Shown here piece after piece: positions 22,800 through 34,659 of a DNA stretch of 64,000 bases. This DNA comes from Fistulifera solaris (lineage: Eukaryota). The notes under the pieces were generated by a model. That model was given only the letters and a program-made list of their open reading frames with translations, was not told where the DNA came from and did no database searches. The stretch spans positions 310,001 through 374,000 of the forward strand of contig AP026123.1 of assembly GCA_030295235.1 (NCBI GenBank). Direction: 5' to 3'. The position numbers were made by a program, and so were the translations under genes. The first letter of the stretch is position 1; every line of letters begins with the position of its first letter.

Positions 22800-23343
22800 T
22801 TAACGCGAAACTGTCTTCTTGAATGCATCATAAGCACGAAACTTGACTTTGTCTTTGGCAGGAACGTGAACGGGCTAGGGTGCGCTACGTTTGAGAACAA
22901 CCACATGCTGATCATCGTCAAGACTGTGAAGCAACTACTTACCTCCCCCGTCTTGGGGTTCCGAGCGGTGTATTCTTTGGAGCGAGAAGGAACAAATGCT
23001 CCAAATTTACTAATCGAGACTTCTTTCTTTTCTGCGACCGCCTGTCACAAATGAACTGAGATTGCATTCTGTAGATTACTTCACCCTAGAGCGACCGTCT
23101 GTGTTCCAAACTTACATCAACAATGGCATCAAAGGTAGTTGTTAAGATTCGTCTTGTTTCCGCCAGTGACAAGTGGTGTGCTTCCGCTACTAAGTGAACA
23201 ATGTCTTCCGTAGAAACACGATCTTTCGAGGCTTTGCTCGCCTTCGACGACTCGGATTCGGAACTGGAAAACGATACCTGTGCCGTCGCGATAGATCCGC
23301 GGATCTTGTGTGCGGGAAGAATACGACGAGTAATTCGAAGCAT
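22800..23343 (-). CDS. bacterial-type histone-like HU/IHF DNA-binding protein, 3 exons, mitochondrial-like presequence
   Basis: Exons 23343-23116, 23041-22943 and 22874-22800 (GT-AG) give ...STEDIVHLVAEAHHLSLAETRRILTTTFDAIVD|AVAEKKEVSISKFGAFVPSRSKEYTARNPKTGE|PVHVPAKDKVKFRAYDAFKKTVSR*, with the canonical HU FG.F and RNP.TGE motifs. Confidence 0.93.
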
Positions 23344-23690
23344 GTTGATTAGAGAAAATGCAAATGAAAACGAAAAAGAAACGATATGTTTTACAAGAAA
23401 CAGTGCATTACAAGTATTGCGAAAAAAATGCAGCCGAGCCCGTTTTCAATCTAAGCGTTCAACCGCGATTCAACTAAGTATACCTCTTTAGAGTGCAACG
23501 GTCAGCTGTATCAAACAATTTAGTGGTCTCTTTCGTTGAACAAAGAGGACCCGGAAAATGAAAACGTATTCCTTTTTCATTTTTTTGAAAACTGGTCTTG
23601 TCGTTTCTCACATCGAAAACAATCCCTTTTCAAGAGCACGACTTGATCCATTGCTTTCGCCTTAAGTATGTGATCATAAATTGGAAAAGC

Positions 23691-25540
23691 ATGTCGATGA
23701 AAGGCACTTTCGCGTTCTTGCTTGGTCTTCCGGCCGCCACCGCCACACTCGTGTCCCTCCCCGAACACGGTCGAAGCCATCACTTGGGTCCTGTCGTTCA
23801 TCCCACTCCCAAGTGCTGGAATGCCGCCACGCAACTATTCCCCGAACTATCACCATCGATCGATACCGTCCAATTCTGTGCGTTACTGCCCGAACACGAC
23901 CAAAAACGATTGGCTTTGGAAATTGCACGTTGTCACATGCTCGATCTCGGCAAACCCCTCGTCCACGGCCCGTGCCATCACCTCGAAGACTGTTTGCGGG
24001 ATTTGACCAGCGAAGGCGCGCATGCGTATACGCATTACATTACGTACGTGCAGCAATTGTGCATTCGATTAACGCAAGAATTGCTGTTGCAACAACAACA
24101 CCAAACTCAGGTCGATATTGGGGAGCAATATAAGAGTGTGTCACAAGAAACACTGGCGCAGGTTCAGAATCTGCAACAGTCCATGGGACAGCACGTCCGT
24201 AATTTGAATGAATTAGTGGATCTTCCCCAACGCTTGCGCGAGAAACTCAGTCGGGAACTCGAAGAGAAATTGACCGAAACCTTGACGCTGTCACTGGATC
24301 GAGAATTGAACAAGCATTTGGCGACGCAGTTGGAAACGCAGCTCGGATTACAACTCGGGCACTTGTTGGAGCAGCAAGCACTGCATCAAGCCAACTTTGT
24401 GGCGGGCATTTTGGACAATTTGACGGTCCGCGATCAAGAACTGCAAGAGCGTTTCAAGTTGTGGGAACACTATCAAACTTCCTTGTGGAGCAATCATGCC
24501 ATGGAAGTTGAGAAGCAGCGCCGACAAATTGAAGAGCAACGCAATCGGATGGATTATCTGAGCAGTACATTGAATCATGCGACGCGTTTGTTGTGGCCGA
24601 TTGAGGGATTGAAAGCGGTTGCGCAATGGATCCTAAGTGGCTATGTCTGGTTCGAAACGGTTGTTACCGTTTTAGTCCACGTTGTGGTGACGGTGATTGT
24701 GACACGCCCTCGTCGTTGTCATTTGTTTCGAACGCATTTATTCCAGCTGATATTCTTGGAAGTTTTATTGGAAGTGATGATACACTGGATGGGGCAGAAT
24801 GAAGTCGTGGGGAATGAAACAATCAATGCCGACAAATTTCTTGGCTCTCTTCGCATGGGCTTTCGAGTTACAATGATTCTGATCTATGTGATTGGAATGA
24901 CGGCCAGCTTTTTCGTAAATCAAGCCACCAAGAAGTCTCGCAACGAACGTCTGAATATGAAATGCATCGTGCGGAATGGGAAATGTCAAGGAACAATCCG
25001 GTCGACTATTATTATCCGTCTCCTCCACCCATACCTCCGCCTGTTCCTTTCACGGTTCGAGAACGTCAGTTACCGAACAAGATACCTCGACATTTGAGCG
25101 CACGTCTTGAAACGATGCATGTTCCCCGATCCGATGCTGCAATCAGACGATACCGAAATGTTGTTGTGTCTCCATCGTATCCGTCTCCCATGGCGCCGTC
25201 TACGACCAAGACTATATTCCGTAGACTTGCTACTCCGCCTGAGAAAAGAGAAGAAAGAGTTTCATCCGTTGCATGGCGCGAAGAGATCACCCCACCGCCG
25301 GCGGCTCCTTTGTTCAATCCTACTACAGAAGAAGAAGAAGAAGAAGAAGAAGAAACGGAAGAGGAGACCTTTTTCGACGCCCCCGATCCCGAGTATACCA
25401 GTGATCGAAAGCGCAAGGAAGAGTTATTTGTGGAAGGAGAAGAAGAAGAAAATTTGCACAAGAACAAGAAGAGCAAAAAGGAATGGATGCTCGAATGCGA
25501 CGACGATGCGACTAACAATAACAACGGAGAGCAAACGTGA
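23691..25540 (+). CDS. GEX1: GEX1/KAR5/Brambleberry-family nuclear fusion protein
   Basis: Signal peptide, then a Cys-rich domain (CWNAA...FCALL...KRLALEIARCH...CLRDL...AYTHY...QLC), a long coiled coil and three TM helices. An acidic/basic tail follows the frameshift near 24950. Confidence 0.8.
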
Positions 25541-25720
25541 CTGCATCTTGATCCGTGACCCTCTATACTCATAGTATAGTGAGCTAAAGTAGTGACGTCA
25601 ATACTATTATACACCATAGTGTTGCGAAATTCCAGCTCATCGCATCGCGATCGGGAGGTGCTCGAATTTCGAAGATTGCGTGGTTCTTTATATTTCGTTT
25701 CCTTGCACAAACGCACAAAA

Positions 25721-28200
25721 ATGATGAGAACGATTGCATTGAATAACATTGCATCCTCATCATTCACCAAGCATCGTATTGTGAGAATGCCAATCAGTTT
25801 CGGTCCTCGTCATTTTGCCGTAGCTTTTTGGTGTGCTTGTTCCGTGCAAAGTTTCTCCTCCGTCTTGCCCTTGTACGTTGCCGCGGGTCGATCTTCTTCG
25901 TCGTCTCTTCATTCTTCGACTTCGTTCACACCAACAACAACAGTGACAACTTCGACCATGATGACGCCCGCCGAAAAACTTGCCGCTCTGCGCGAGCACA
26001 TGAAAGAAAACAACTTGGATGTGTGGATAGTGCCGACGGATGATCCGCATCTTTCCGGTGAGTCATCATTGAGTGTTGTGTCGTCCGCAGTTTCCTCCTA
26101 ACTCTCATCATCGACGCACTTTATAAAGAATACGTCCCGGAAGCTTACAAACGTCGCGAATTTCTGACCGGATTCCAAGGCAGCGCCGGCACGGCGGTCG
26201 TGACTTCCGAGGAGGCCTTCTTGTGGACCGACAGTCGTTACTGGAATGAAGCTTCCTTGCAACTCGATGCTTCACTGTGGACGTTGAAAAAGGCCGGTTT
26301 GCCATCGACACCCTCCATTCCCCCAATGGATGGCGCAACAATCCCAGAAGAAGGCACTGCAGATTGGAATGGATCCCTTTGTGCATCCGGCGTCGTTTCC
26401 GAAAGAAATCAAAACGGCTTTAGAAGAAGAAGGTGTTGAAGAACTCGATCAGATACAAATCAAAACGATTACCACCAATCTTGTCGATCAGATTTGGAAA
26501 CAACGACCGGCGGTTCCGACGTCACCATGGCGCGTTCATCCGTTGGAATATGCCGGCATGACTTGGCAAAACAAAGTCACCAAAGTACGACGGGCCATGA
26601 AAGAAAAGAAAGCGACCATGGCCGTCTTTTCTACTTTAGATGATGTCGCGTATTTGCTCAATTTGCGTTGTCAAGGGGATATTGATACGTGTCCTGTGGG
26701 AATTGCGTATGCGACCGTGACCATGGATACCGTGACATTGTTTGTGCACGAGGACAAGATGAAGGTTTCGCCGGAAGAAGTGCATCAACATTTACAAGGT
26801 GTGGTCATTCAACCGTACGACAGTATTGTGGAAGCGGTCCAGCAACATGTCGAAGGTACCGAAAAAGCCAAGGTGTGGTTGGATGCCAGTCGCGCCAATT
26901 ATGCTCTCACTTTGGTCATTCCGGAAAAATCGTTGTTGGATGCACAGAATGCCATTACGCCCATGAAGGGAGTCAAAAATAGAGCTGAATTAGAAGGGAT
27001 GCGAGAGGCTCATATTGTCGATGGTGTCGCTATGGCGAAATTCATTGCCTGGTTGCAGGAGACATTGAAGGAGCGGTCTGTTTCCGAAGTCGAAATCGAT
27101 CAAGTATTGACGGGCTATCGAGCGGAACAGAAAGGATTCAACGAAGTGAGTTTTCCCACCATTGCGGGAGTGGGACCTAACGCTGCCATCATCCATTACC
27201 GTGCTACCGAAGGATCGGACATTCTTAAATATCTCGATACGACGCAGCCCATTCTGATTGATTCGGGCGGACAATATAGTTACGGGACGACGGATGTCAC
27301 CCGAACATGGCATTTTGGTACACCGACGGCAGAGTTTGTCGATGCGTACACTAGGGTACTCAAGGGAAACATTGGTTTGGATCAAATGGTACGTCAGCAT
27401 GGCGACGTCGTTCCACTGGGGCAGATTTGTTGCAAGAGTTCGACCTAATCGATCTCTGTTTTTGCTTCGCAGATTTTCCCAGAGAACGTTCCGGGATTTG
27501 TGTTGGACGTTTATGCCCGTCAAGCTCTGTGGCAAGTAGGAAAGGATTACGGCCACGGAACGGGGCACGGTGTTGGGGCCGGTAAGAAACGTTGCTTGTC
27601 GACCGTCATCGATCTACATAGTTGTTTGCTAACATTTGTGATAACTGCTCTTACACAATAGCCTTGAACGTCCACGAGGGACCACACGTAAGTAGCAATT
27701 GCATGCTCTCTTATCAATTGATGATGTTTTGTACTCTCACGTATGTTCTCTTTTTGGCTTTTTGAATGCAGTCCATCAGTCCGCGATTCGCGAACAAAGA
27801 GGGACTGAAGAAGGGAATGATTGTTAGCAACGAGCCGGGATATTACGAAGATGGCAACTTTGGCATTCGTATTGAAAATCTATTGGAGCTCCGTTACGTG
27901 AAACCCGAATTGAACGATGAATTTGAGAAGGAGCAGCTAAGGGAGCCTTCGTTAGACGATCAGAATCAGGACGCCGCATCATCGGACGAAAAGAAATTTC
28001 TTCATTTTCAAAGTCTGACTATGATCCCGATTCAGAAAAACTTGATCGACGTTTCTTTAATGACAGAGTCTGAGCTCGATTGGTTGGATTCCTACCACGC
28101 TAAAGTATGGGAGAATGTTTCGCCGCGTTTAACCGAAGGTACACCTGAGTACCAATGGTTAAAAACAAGCTGTGAAAAGATTGACCGCAATGTTCACTAA
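25721..28200 (+). CDS. Xaa-Pro aminopeptidase P (M24B)
   Basis: Motifs [66 protein letters not shown] and [18 protein letters not shown]. Introns near 26058-26128, 27389-27472, 27582-27661 and 27688-27771. Frameshift near 26320. Confidence 0.95.
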
Positions 28201-28281
28201 ATTTACTCCTGATTGAAAAAATAAAAGCAACTTATAAATATAGCTATAAAGTATTATTGTTACTTGGTTCGCTGAGAAATT

Positions 28282-30975
28282 TCACAGTGCTTCGGAGTAT
28301 TCCATCCATACAATCGCACTACTTGCAACTCTTTGAATCTCGCGCTTTGCAAAGTGATCCATCGCTCCGACAACTGTATCTTCATTGTCATCAGTACCCG
28401 CAGTGCATCTTTGACAGCGCTTAGGATCTTTTCCCAAACCTACAGATGCGCGAGATTTCGCCGTGGACATGGCAAATGCCCCTGGCAGAACATTAATATG
28501 ATATCCTAGGCCAATAAGCTGTGACAAATGCAATCCATTGTAGCAACTTGATCCTTCAAGAGCTTCGACATTCCGAGCAATGACACTAGTGCGAATGTTT
28601 GGGTCGTTCGGTGAAAGATTATCCTTCAACAAGATAAAAGATTCATCTTGGAAACGGAACACATCATTAAAGCTCTCTTGTGTAGCGTTCACCATGAAAG
28701 TAAGCAGAGATTTCTCGATGACACTAATTGCGTCTATTCCTTGCTGATTGATGCTTAAATAATCATGATTCTTTTCTTCCGCATCGGCTGTAGTAAACTC
28801 GGTATACTTCCACCAAACTTGATCCAAGGCATTAAATATTCGATCTTTCGCAAACGCAGCTTCCCTTTACACTGATTGAATTCATGAACAAAATGAACTT
28901 GGTTGATCCGTCGCGAAGCGAAAAGCCGGTCAGTATCCGTCATGTGTTGACTGGCGTCTCCCTCATTGTCAGACAATGCAAATTGCGGGAGGTAGAACAC
29001 ATTTCCGCGTTGACCTTTTCTTGAAGTAATAGCAGCCTGGGCGAGATAGGACGCTTCGTTGGAGATAATGAGCCCGCTCTCAACTTCCAAACCACTTAGA
29101 AACCATCGAGTCGGAGCCAGGTCGGTGGCCATATTTTGCAACGCTTTGCGACTAGCGCTGGAAGATGTTTCTTTGTCGAAGACGGCGGCGACAAAAGCAT
29201 TTTTGTGGTGTTGCGTAAAGATCGATTCCGGTCCTAACCGTTCATGAACATATCGGATGGAATCTTCAGTTGCACCGGCGATAAAAATGACTGTTACACT
29301 GGGTTGGCCGAACCAACGATCCACATTATCAATCAAATGATCGATGCATCCTTTAAGAGCAGTTTTGTCATTACTTTGATCAGCATTTATTTGTAGTGTC
29401 AAGACGAGTGTCACATCACTTTCGACGTCAATGAAATTCCAGCCCTGAGCAGAAGCGAGAATGGTCGTGGCATTTTTGTTAGTCCATTCAATGAACGTTC
29501 GACACGGTGATTTCGTCAGCTTGGTAGCAGATCCAACAATGCAGTACTGAGACAAGGGTAATTGCCTGCGGTCGAACTCCATAGAACTATCCCATTTTTG
29601 TGGAGCTAAGCCTAACGGAGACACAGAAGAATCACTCGAATCTTTCAAGACCCGTGGTATTTTCTGTTGCGGTAGCGGTATGGCACCGAACTGCGTGAAC
29701 AAATAAATCGAGATTGACGTTCGTGCATGACAAGAAGCAACTTCATCGTATCGATAATGGCGCTTCCATTCTTGAAAATGAAAGAAAGGCGCGGTATCAG
29801 CAAGGCCTTCGTCATGCAACACAACTTTTTGTTTGTAGAGGGAACCATTGATCCAATAGAGCGTCTCGTCCGAGGCTACCCGTGCAGACAAGCAAAGTTT
29901 AGACTGATATTCCGACGGAACCCAATACATGCATTTGTCGCTATTATGCACGGCATCTGCTGTTTCAATGGATTCTAGGGATCCTAGTGATATGTCTCTC
30001 TGCGTGTAGGCGGTATTCTTATCCCAGTACGAAGGATCCAACCTTGCAACAAGACGTGCGTTCTCACCAGCACTCTTGGCTCGATAGAGCACTTGACGAC
30101 TCTTTGATCTCGCTAAATAAACACCATGTGATGATATAATATCACGAAACGTTCCTCCTGCCTCATCGTGCGTATCTGTCCAAGCATGAGGGACGTATTT
30201 CACCCTCACATCGTTTCGATCTAGCACTGCTGCAGAATAACATCCTTCGGCCGATTCGACCCGAAAATGACCTTTGCTCTTCACAATACCATCAAAACGT
30301 TCATCCAAGTCACGTAGGTACCGACAATACCTCCAGATATTATTGACCATATCGTTATTCTTGTGAAATGTGAATTGCCCTCGCAAATACAAGCGCCGCT
30401 GGTCCCCGTACGAATATGTAACAATATCATAATTGAGCAATTCGTCTTCTGTGATCCAATGGGAGAGATCGCCAAACACAATATCCAGATCGGTGTAACC
30501 CCAATGAGAATACCCCTCCAAAAGATCTTGAAAGATATATCCGAGGGCCGGTTTGAATTCCACCAACGCATACGGCCGCAGATCTAAAAGTGTCGTCATC
30601 AACTCTTCCAGCGAACTTCGTTCAATGACGGTTTCATTCTTGTGATCGATGACACGCAGCAATCGCTTTCCCAGATTCTGATTGGACTGTAAATTGATCA
30701 AAATGACATTGTCGGCGCACACCGCGTGCTCCAGAACACCGTTGTGCACAATGATGAAATCAGCAATCCCCGCCGCACCCCCTGCTCCCCCGACAAAACA
30801 TTCCCCAATAAGGGACATTGTGTTGGGCCGCGAAGGGTATTAATAAGGCTAAACGCAACTGCGCGCTGCGGACGGAGGGCCGGCGATGAACGCGGAGCGT
30901 CCAGGTTGCCGTGAATAGCAATAGTATGGCTGCCGGAATGGCGAAAAGGCGTTGCGGTCGCGGCCGTCTTCTCAT
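28282..30975 (-). CDS. type II membrane two-domain glycosyltransferase-like protein (GT-A/DUF6625-like plus GT49-like)
   Basis: N-terminal TM segment. First domain has EFKPALGYIF..LLEGYSHWGYTDLDIVFGDL. Second domain has DVTLVLTLQ...RWFGQPSV...RKALQNMATDLAPTRWFL...FYLPQF. Frameshifts near 30800 and 28850. Confidence 0.6.
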
Positions 30976-31378
30976 TGCTCGTTGTAATAATTGAAAATAG
31001 AATGTTTACTCGTTCTCTCTTCCAAAGGAGTATTGTTGACTTCTTTTACACCATATTTGCATGGCTCGTGCTATCTGCATTTGCGAGGAGAGTGAACTCG
31101 AGGCAAAACGGAATGTTGTCGTAGTGTTATAAAACAGATATGATAGTCTATTGTATTCCGTATTTTTCACATTGTCGACGGAATCATACCGGTACTGGAG
31201 AACGGACGAGATTTTTTGCGTTTTGCGCTTTTGCGATGATGATCGTCAATAATGTCGTTGATGATTAGCATTCCGTGCAATTGTCATCAATTTTTTGTTT
31301 CAGAAGTGCAATTTCTCCTTTTTGTTCTCTCTCCCAGCTGTCTCATCTTTGGTTGCGACGCAAGCGAGAGAACCGACC

Positions 31379-31999
31379 ATGAAAGCCAAAGATTTGAAAG
31401 TTCTTCGCAAAAAGTTCCTTCGGGTCGATCGCATTGGCAGTCCTCTCGACGATTCGAAAATAGCAGGTCAGTTAAACGACATTCTCAGCGGTCCGTGGAA
31501 ACTTAAGTACTTTGCGGGACCTTCGGCACCAATTGATAGTTTGCTCGATCTGTTCGAACGCAACATGGGCGATTTTTATCGCAAGAGTTCTTGGGGACTG
31601 GATTTGGTACAAAAAGCGGATGATCTAGCGCACCGAAGAGCACGGCATCTAGTGGTGTACGACGACAATGAGCACATGGCAGCCTATTGTCACTATCAAT
31701 ATGACTACGATGACGAGGAACATCCAGAACGCGTGGTCTTTTACGTTTATGAACTGCAAATTGAAGAAAAATATCAGCGCTTGGGTCTGGGGACCAAACT
31801 CATGAAATGTATGGAATATCTGGCTCAGTCAGCCGACCTGGACTCGGTGTTGCTGACTGTTTTCTTTGAGAATACATCAGCCATGGCGTTCTATCAGAAT
31901 TTGGGGTACGAAGTTGACGTTTCTAGTCCAAGCAAATTCAATCAACGAGAGGATTATGAGATTTTGTTCAAAAGGTCGATGCCTTATGATGCTGGCTAG
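31379..31999 (+). CDS. NAA40: N-alpha-acetyltransferase 40 (NatD), GNAT family
   Basis: Motifs LFERNMGDFYRKSSWG, VFYVYELQIEEKYQRLGLGTKLM, VLLTVFFENTSAMAFYQNLGYEVDVSSPS and YEILFK. Confidence 0.9.
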   Translation: MKAKDLKVLRKKFLRVDRIGSPLDDSKIAGQLNDILSGPWKLKYFAGPSAPIDSLLDLFERNMGDFYRKSSWGLDLVQKADDLAHRRARHLVVYDDNEHMAAYCHYQYDYDDEEHPERVVFYVYELQIEEKYQRLGLGTKLMKCMEYLAQSADLDSVLLTVFFENTSAMAFYQNLGYEVDVSSPSKFNQREDYEILFKRSMPYDAG

Positions 32000-32548
32000 C
32001 TAATAGAAGAATCAATGATGTTGTTTGTCATGAAATTGTGTTTATCTTTATGTTTGTCGGTCGCGCAGCTCGCCCCAGCGACGGTAATGATCTTTCAGCA
32101 AATGCTCTTGTTTCTCCAGGTAAAGCATAGAGTCATACTAAGCATCATGTTGAATGATACGTCGATCACTTGTATAACGGTGTTATGTTATTGTCAGTAA
32201 TCTGGTTACCAGGTACTTCGATACAGCAGGACGGCACCGCGAGTGTATTTCCATAGAAGTATATTTCATCATACAGAAATTCTAGAGGCGTATAAGTCCT
32301 ATGGACGTTCCAGAAATTCTGGAATTGGTGTCCTTAGAGTTGCGTACACGACGCACGACGCACCTTTTTGTGAAAAACATCCGTTATATGGGGCGATGCC
32401 GACGTCTGCGATGCGAACCGCCGATGCGATGAATGATGATTATTCTTTGATCGTTTGAAACGTTACAACCAGAAAAAGGATATTTGCTGCGTTGCGTCTT
32501 TTCCTCTGTGTTAACCAGCTCTGACTTACTTTTACAAAGTGCACAATT

Positions 32549-32788
32549 ATGACGAAATACGAAAACTACGATTGGAACGAGCTCCCCGGTGACGTGAAGA
32601 AAGCAGCGGAACAGCTGGGTTACGACAAACGAAAATGGGATAAGAGTATCAAAGTCCCGGTAGATGACAAAGATTGGAAGGATCTCACTGCGAAAGAACA
32701 GGAGGCGGCGTTGAAACTAGGCTATACACAGAAGACTTGGGACGAGGGTAGTGAAAGCGAGAGTGAAAGTGAGAGCGAGAGCGAATGA
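32549..32788 (+). CDS. small protein with two W.EL....K.AA..LGY....W repeats, paralog 1
   Basis: 79-aa ORF with an internal duplication, similar to 33631-33955. Ends in an SE-repeat tail. Confidence 0.85.
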   Translation: MTKYENYDWNELPGDVKKAAEQLGYDKRKWDKSIKVPVDDKDWKDLTAKEQEAALKLGYTQKTWDEGSESESESESESE

Positions 32789-33630
32789 TTGCTCCGTTCT
32801 GATTCCACGTTCGAGTTCATGGGATAATAGCTGATAGAAAGACTTTCGTAGACAGCTTAGACTCATATAAGAAGTAAGCAAATTCTTTAATTAAATTGAC
32901 AAAGTAATAATATTTGGCTTCAGCGTAACATAATTTCCATCAGTTTTTCATCCCTTTCTCTTGATGTTCTATCTCATGAATTCAGTAGCACACTTGTTGT
33001 TGTTCCAGCTACGAACCTTTCATTGAAGCCCGGCTGAAAGCCGAGGCATGGCTGCGTATTAGTTCCGAAAGGACTATTGCGTAGGACATGTTTGCATTCA
33101 AGTCAGAAATATCATAGTCTAGTATTTCCAAGCAAGGCTGCTATTGATCTCCAGTGCCCCAAGCAGTGCCTCAGTTTTTACGTTGAAAGTTGGAACTCTT
33201 TTTAGATCGTTGTCTTATCTTTCATTATATTAGTAAGTCCAAAGTGAAACCTCAACTTTTCCAAGACTGGAATTCAGTCACGAAAGGATTTTTCGTGCTA
33301 GACTGCTAGACAGCTTCACAATATCCTGTCAGTCGGCTAGTTTGGTAGGCCGAAATCCTTATTGTCACAATGCAGCTAACATCAGTGAGATTTTCGTTTC
33401 ACGCCTTTACTCTTTGCGGCGGAAAATGGTGCAGATTGTGCTCATCTGTAATTACTACAGGCATGAAGTGAAGATTACTTTTTTCACGACTGTATTCCAG
33501 TCACGAGACAGACATTTTGGCAATGCGATGAGCGCCGATGATCGATGATGCGAGCAATAATGCGCAATGCGACTCCTCGTTCATTGAAATCAAATTATTA
33601 TTGCGGAATAATAACAACAAGAAAATTAAA

Positions 33631-33955
33631 ATGACAAAATACGACGATTGCTCGTGGAAAGACCTTCCTGAAGACGCGAAGAAAGCGGCAAAGGTGCTCG
33701 GCTACAAGAAGAAAACGTGGGACGAAGATTTGGAGGTGGCTGTTGACGATAAGGAATGGTAAGGCACACACTGTAAAACAAGCATCATGGGGCGAAATAC
33801 TTCCAGCCTAAACATTTTACGATTCAATGTACGTTCGAAATCGAAGGGATGAATTGACCGATGAACAGCAAGAGGCTGCAAAGGTGCTAGGATATACAGA
33901 AGAATCTTGGAATGCAGATGACTCGGACTCGGAGGGATGCTGTGGCTGCTTTTAA
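33631..33955 (+). CDS. small protein with two W.EL....K.AA..LGY....W repeats, paralog 2 (one intron)
   Basis: Exons 33631-33758 and 33847-33955 (GT-AG) give ...DDKEW|DELTDEQQEAAKVLGYTEESWNADDSDSEGCCGCF*. Confidence 0.85.
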
Positions 33956-34659
33956 CCTCTTCATAAACGGATACTTTTACCCATCAGTTATATTTAGAAT
34001 GAACAATTGAATTTGGCGCAATTTAATCCACAGGCCGCTGTGCGATCACTCAGAATGCCGATTGCATTTGATGTTAAACAATAACTTAGTTTTAAATTCG
34101 CTACTTTCTCGATTGAGAGTTGACGATAGGGTTCACAGTTCACACCTGTTGGAGCTTTGAGTAGTCATAAATTGTTGAGTGTGGTCTTGTTTCCGAAAAG
34201 CGGCAACAATCGATTATACCGACGGAAGCGAAATTTGTGATGAGGAGTTGTGCAGATGTTTTATCTTGTTTCTGACATGTTAGCTCAATTGGCCAAAATG
34301 CGGCAGTATTTGTTAATCGTCCACAATATCTTGTTTGCTTTCTTGGTCTTTTTTTTTCTTTAATAAAAAATCTAGAAGCTCAAAAACTATGGTGCTAAGG
34401 TTTCCATAGATTATTGTCAACGGCAATAACAATAACGCTTCTAAGTTTTTAGTACCAGACCCCACTATCGTTTTTATAGTAAAACTGAAATAATAACGGT
34501 CTGACACTTTTTTGTATTTTTTTTACTCCGTATTTTCCTCTTTGAAATAAATGCGATGAACGCAACATCATCATTGCTTGTATTGTGCTTTGCTCTGCTT
34601 GTCAAAAGCACCGCTGACTCGGGCATTACAGAATCTTGATTGTGAAGCAAGGGATAGTA

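Noticed and set aside
22800..23343. Bacterial contamination as the source of the HU gene
   Set aside because: The gene has two spliceosomal introns and a targeting leader, and it is embedded among eukaryotic genes.
25066..25770. 234-aa minus-strand Ser-rich ORF
   Set aside because: It is antisense to the GAA-rich acidic tail of GEX1.
33046..33091. SECIS element for the TGA-ending gene at 32549-32788
   Set aside because: The core reads ATGG rather than ATGA, the AA loop position does not fit, and the protein has no selenoprotein-like context.
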